A stretch of 64,000 nt of DNA from Antedon mediterranea. Lineage: Eukaryota > Animalia > Echinodermata. The translations under genes were made by a program, and so were the position numbers. A model generated the notes under the pieces. The model did no database searches. It was not told where the DNA came from and saw only the letters and a program-made list of their open reading frames with translations. Location: contig NC_092679.1 of the NCBI RefSeq assembly GCF_964355755.1, positions 17,777,432-17,841,431 of the forward strand, in the 5' to 3' direction. Positions 62,001-64,000 of the stretch are shown here, piece by piece (the stretch's first letter is position 1; every line of letters starts with the position of its first letter).

Positions 62001-63933
62001 ACGCAATGGAAATGAGTTGACCAATCACGAAGACCAATCAATTCGTCCATGAGTCGTGATTGCTTGAGTTGCTTCCTAGTGGGAACTACTTTTACTTGCG
62101 TTGCGCTTGTGCTTTATAGCTTGAACCTCGTTTTACTTGCATTTTGCTTGTGCTTTATAGCTTGAACCTCGTTTTACTTGCAGTGCGCTTGTGCTTCATA
62201 GTTTGAACCTCGTTTTACTTGCAGTGCGCTTGTGCTTTATAGCTTGAACCTCGTTTTACTTGCAGTGCGCTTGTGCTTCATAGTTTGAACCTCGTTTTAC
62301 TTGCAGTGCGCTTGTGCTTAATAGTTTGAACCTCGTTTTACTTGCAGTGCGCTTGTGCTTAATAGTTTGAACCTCGTTTTACTTGCAGTGCGCTTGTGCT
62401 TAATAGTTTGAACCTCGTTTTACTTGCAGTGCGCTTGTGCTTAATAGTTTGAACCTCGTTTTACTTGCAGTGCGCTTGTGCTTAATAGTTTGAACCTCGT
62501 TTTACTTGCAGTGCGCTTGTGCTTAATAGTTTGAACCTCGTTTTACTTGCAGTGCGCTTGTGCTTAATAGTTTGAACCTCGTTTTACTTGCAGTGCGCTT
62601 GTGCTTTATAGTTTGAACCTCGTTTTACTTGCAGTGCGCTTGTGCTTAATAGTTTGAACCTCGTTTTACTTGCGTTGCGCTTGTGCTTCATAGTTTGAAC
62701 CTCGTTTTACTTGCAGCGCGCTTGTGCTTTATAGCTTGAACCTCGTTTTACTTGCAGTGCGCTTGCGTCTGTAGTGGAAACCAAGAGTTAGAATGACCCA
62801 GGTAGCATTACATTAAAAACCACATATTTAGCATGTATTTTAAAACTATCGTTCCACTCGGTTTCTCGCATAATAAAGAATTTTACGGTTGACATATCAG
62901 CCCCTCCGTTAACAAATCCATTTTAAATCAGTTGTGTGCCTTGAATAATAACAGGATATTTAATATTTATCGTTATGTGTAATTATGAGCAGACAAAATA
63001 TATTTAAGTTAAGTTGTTACAATAATGTACGTCTGTTTTGTCCTTTTTACTTGTCTTGTTTTCACAGGCTCTACACTCCAATAAGCTGCCCTAAATTTTG
63101 TTCTACACTTCACTTTCATGTTTTAGAAATATTTCTTTATAATTTAAATTCTGGTTTAGGCTGCGGAACACAAGACGATAACGATCGACGATAAATGGAT
63201 AAACATACATTTTTCTTACTTAAAACAAAAGAAATTCGAAAATATTTATTCTAGAATTATATTTTAATCATTATTTTATGCAGTCTCTGATAAAATAAAT
63301 TTTTTTTTAATGACGTCATGATCAATAAGAACAATAACATCGTTGTATCGTGACGATATTATTGCTTTTACTAATCATGACGTCATTTGATTGTGGACGT
63401 GTGAAAATATCAATTCAATTCAGTTAATTTATTGGCAGCATAGATGGTTATCCTATAGTTATATGGTGAAAACATTTTTTTTTTTACATAGGTAAAATGC
63501 ATATTTATCTGTGGAAATGTGGAAATATTTCTTATTATAATTATTTTGATATAATAATAATAATTGTTTTGATGTTCGCAGGTTGTATATTTCACTGCAA
63601 CGTTCCCGTACATTTTCCTGACAATCCTGTTGATCCGATCTGTCACACTGGAAGGTGCTTCTGTGGGACTTGAATTTTATCTCAAACCAAATACGACTTT
63701 ATTATTAGAATCACAGGTATGTAGTCACCTAGTGGCAGTGTTTGTAAATACTGTTTTCGGAACAGTAACCGAACTTTTACTTTTGTTCCTTTTTCGTTAA
63801 AAATTATCATGATTATCACATTTTTAAAGGTCTGGATGGACGCGGCCACTCAGACATTTTACTCTTATTCCATCGGAGTTGGTACGTGGTGCGCCCTCAG
63901 CAGTTTTAACAAGTTCAACCATAACTTTTGGAG
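59059..63933 (+). CDS. SLC6 sodium- and chloride-dependent transporter (non-monoamine; GABA/taurine/creatine/amino-acid type), 5' part, isoform using exon 1b; continues beyond the window
   Basis: Exons 59059-59236 ([36 protein letters not shown]), 59621-59752 (GAFLIPY...LEIGIGQY), 60157-60445 ([28 protein letters not shown]), 61674-61812 ([11 protein letters not shown]), 63582-63716 ([10 protein letters not shown]), 63830-63933 ([13 protein letters not shown]). All have canonical AG/GT boundaries with matching phases. These are SNF/NSS family signature motifs. Confidence 0.93.
59470..59545. repeat. Three 21-bp units derived from the MITE family A interior
   Basis: AATATGGTAGTGATATGCTTA x3; explains the KYGSDML repeat in the spurious ORF 59347..59550. 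Confidence 0.7.
61328..61555. repeat. Direct repeat, 2 copies, period about 128 bp
   Basis: CATTACGT-ATTATATTAATCAATC-CGCATAACGGAGTGTAACTAGCGCCATCA...CGGTCGTTTCAATCCATCACC occurs twice. Confidence 0.85.
61965..62789. mobile_element. MITE family B-related element hosting a 41-bp tandem array
   Basis: Left part GAGTTGACCAATCAC...CTAGTGGGAAC; right end TTGCGTCTGTAGTGGAAACCAAG. Confidence 0.6.
62091..62767. repeat. 41-bp minisatellite, about 16.5 copies
   Basis: Unit TTGAACCTCGTTTTACTTGCAGTGCGCTTGTGCTTAATAGT. TTGAACCTCG recurs every 41 nt from 62121 to 62736. No spacers. Confidence 0.95.
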
Positions 63934-64000
63934 GTATTATTATTACACAGAAAGTAAAATTACTAGTTTTTACTAGTTTAAAAACTAGTGAAATTGCATT

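Noticed and set aside
62091-62767. CRISPR-like regular repeat array
   Set aside because: Units are contiguous with no unique spacers, there are no cas genes, and the context is a eukaryotic intron; it is a minisatellite.

Overview
AT-rich, intron-dense eukaryotic (invertebrate metazoan, probably deuterostome) genomic DNA. Most entries in the ORF track are exon fragments, antisense shadows or noise. Three + strand protein-coding genes were reconstructed by hand from splice sites and reading phase. (1) The 3' part of an RRBP1/kinectin-like ER coiled-coil gene (19 exons, 703-21809, ending SGSAV*). (2) A complete KIF16B kinesin-3 gene (about 30 exons, 27480-51041; motor, FHA, long stalk, PX domain) with two GC-AG introns. 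(3) The 5' part of an SLC6 Na+/Cl- dependent transporter gene with two duplicated, both intact, first coding exons (56051-56246 and 59059-59236) that can each splice to one shared exon 2. Two tandem U3 snoRNA genes (25848-26060, 26793-27001) lie just upstream of KIF16B. Introns carry several MITE families (Harbinger-like, Kolobok-like, Tc1/pogo-like), two tRNA-derived SINE families (one Deu/Nin-like), minisatellites and a Penelope-type minimal hammerhead ribozyme. The most notable items are the SLC6 variable first exon system, the sense-strand hammerhead between those exons, the U3 pair, a TAGGCCTA palindrome excess around gene 5' ends, TA-NNN-TA motifs that look like transposon excision footprints, and E-box/octamer clusters. 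Homology calls rest on recalled family sequences; no searches were run.
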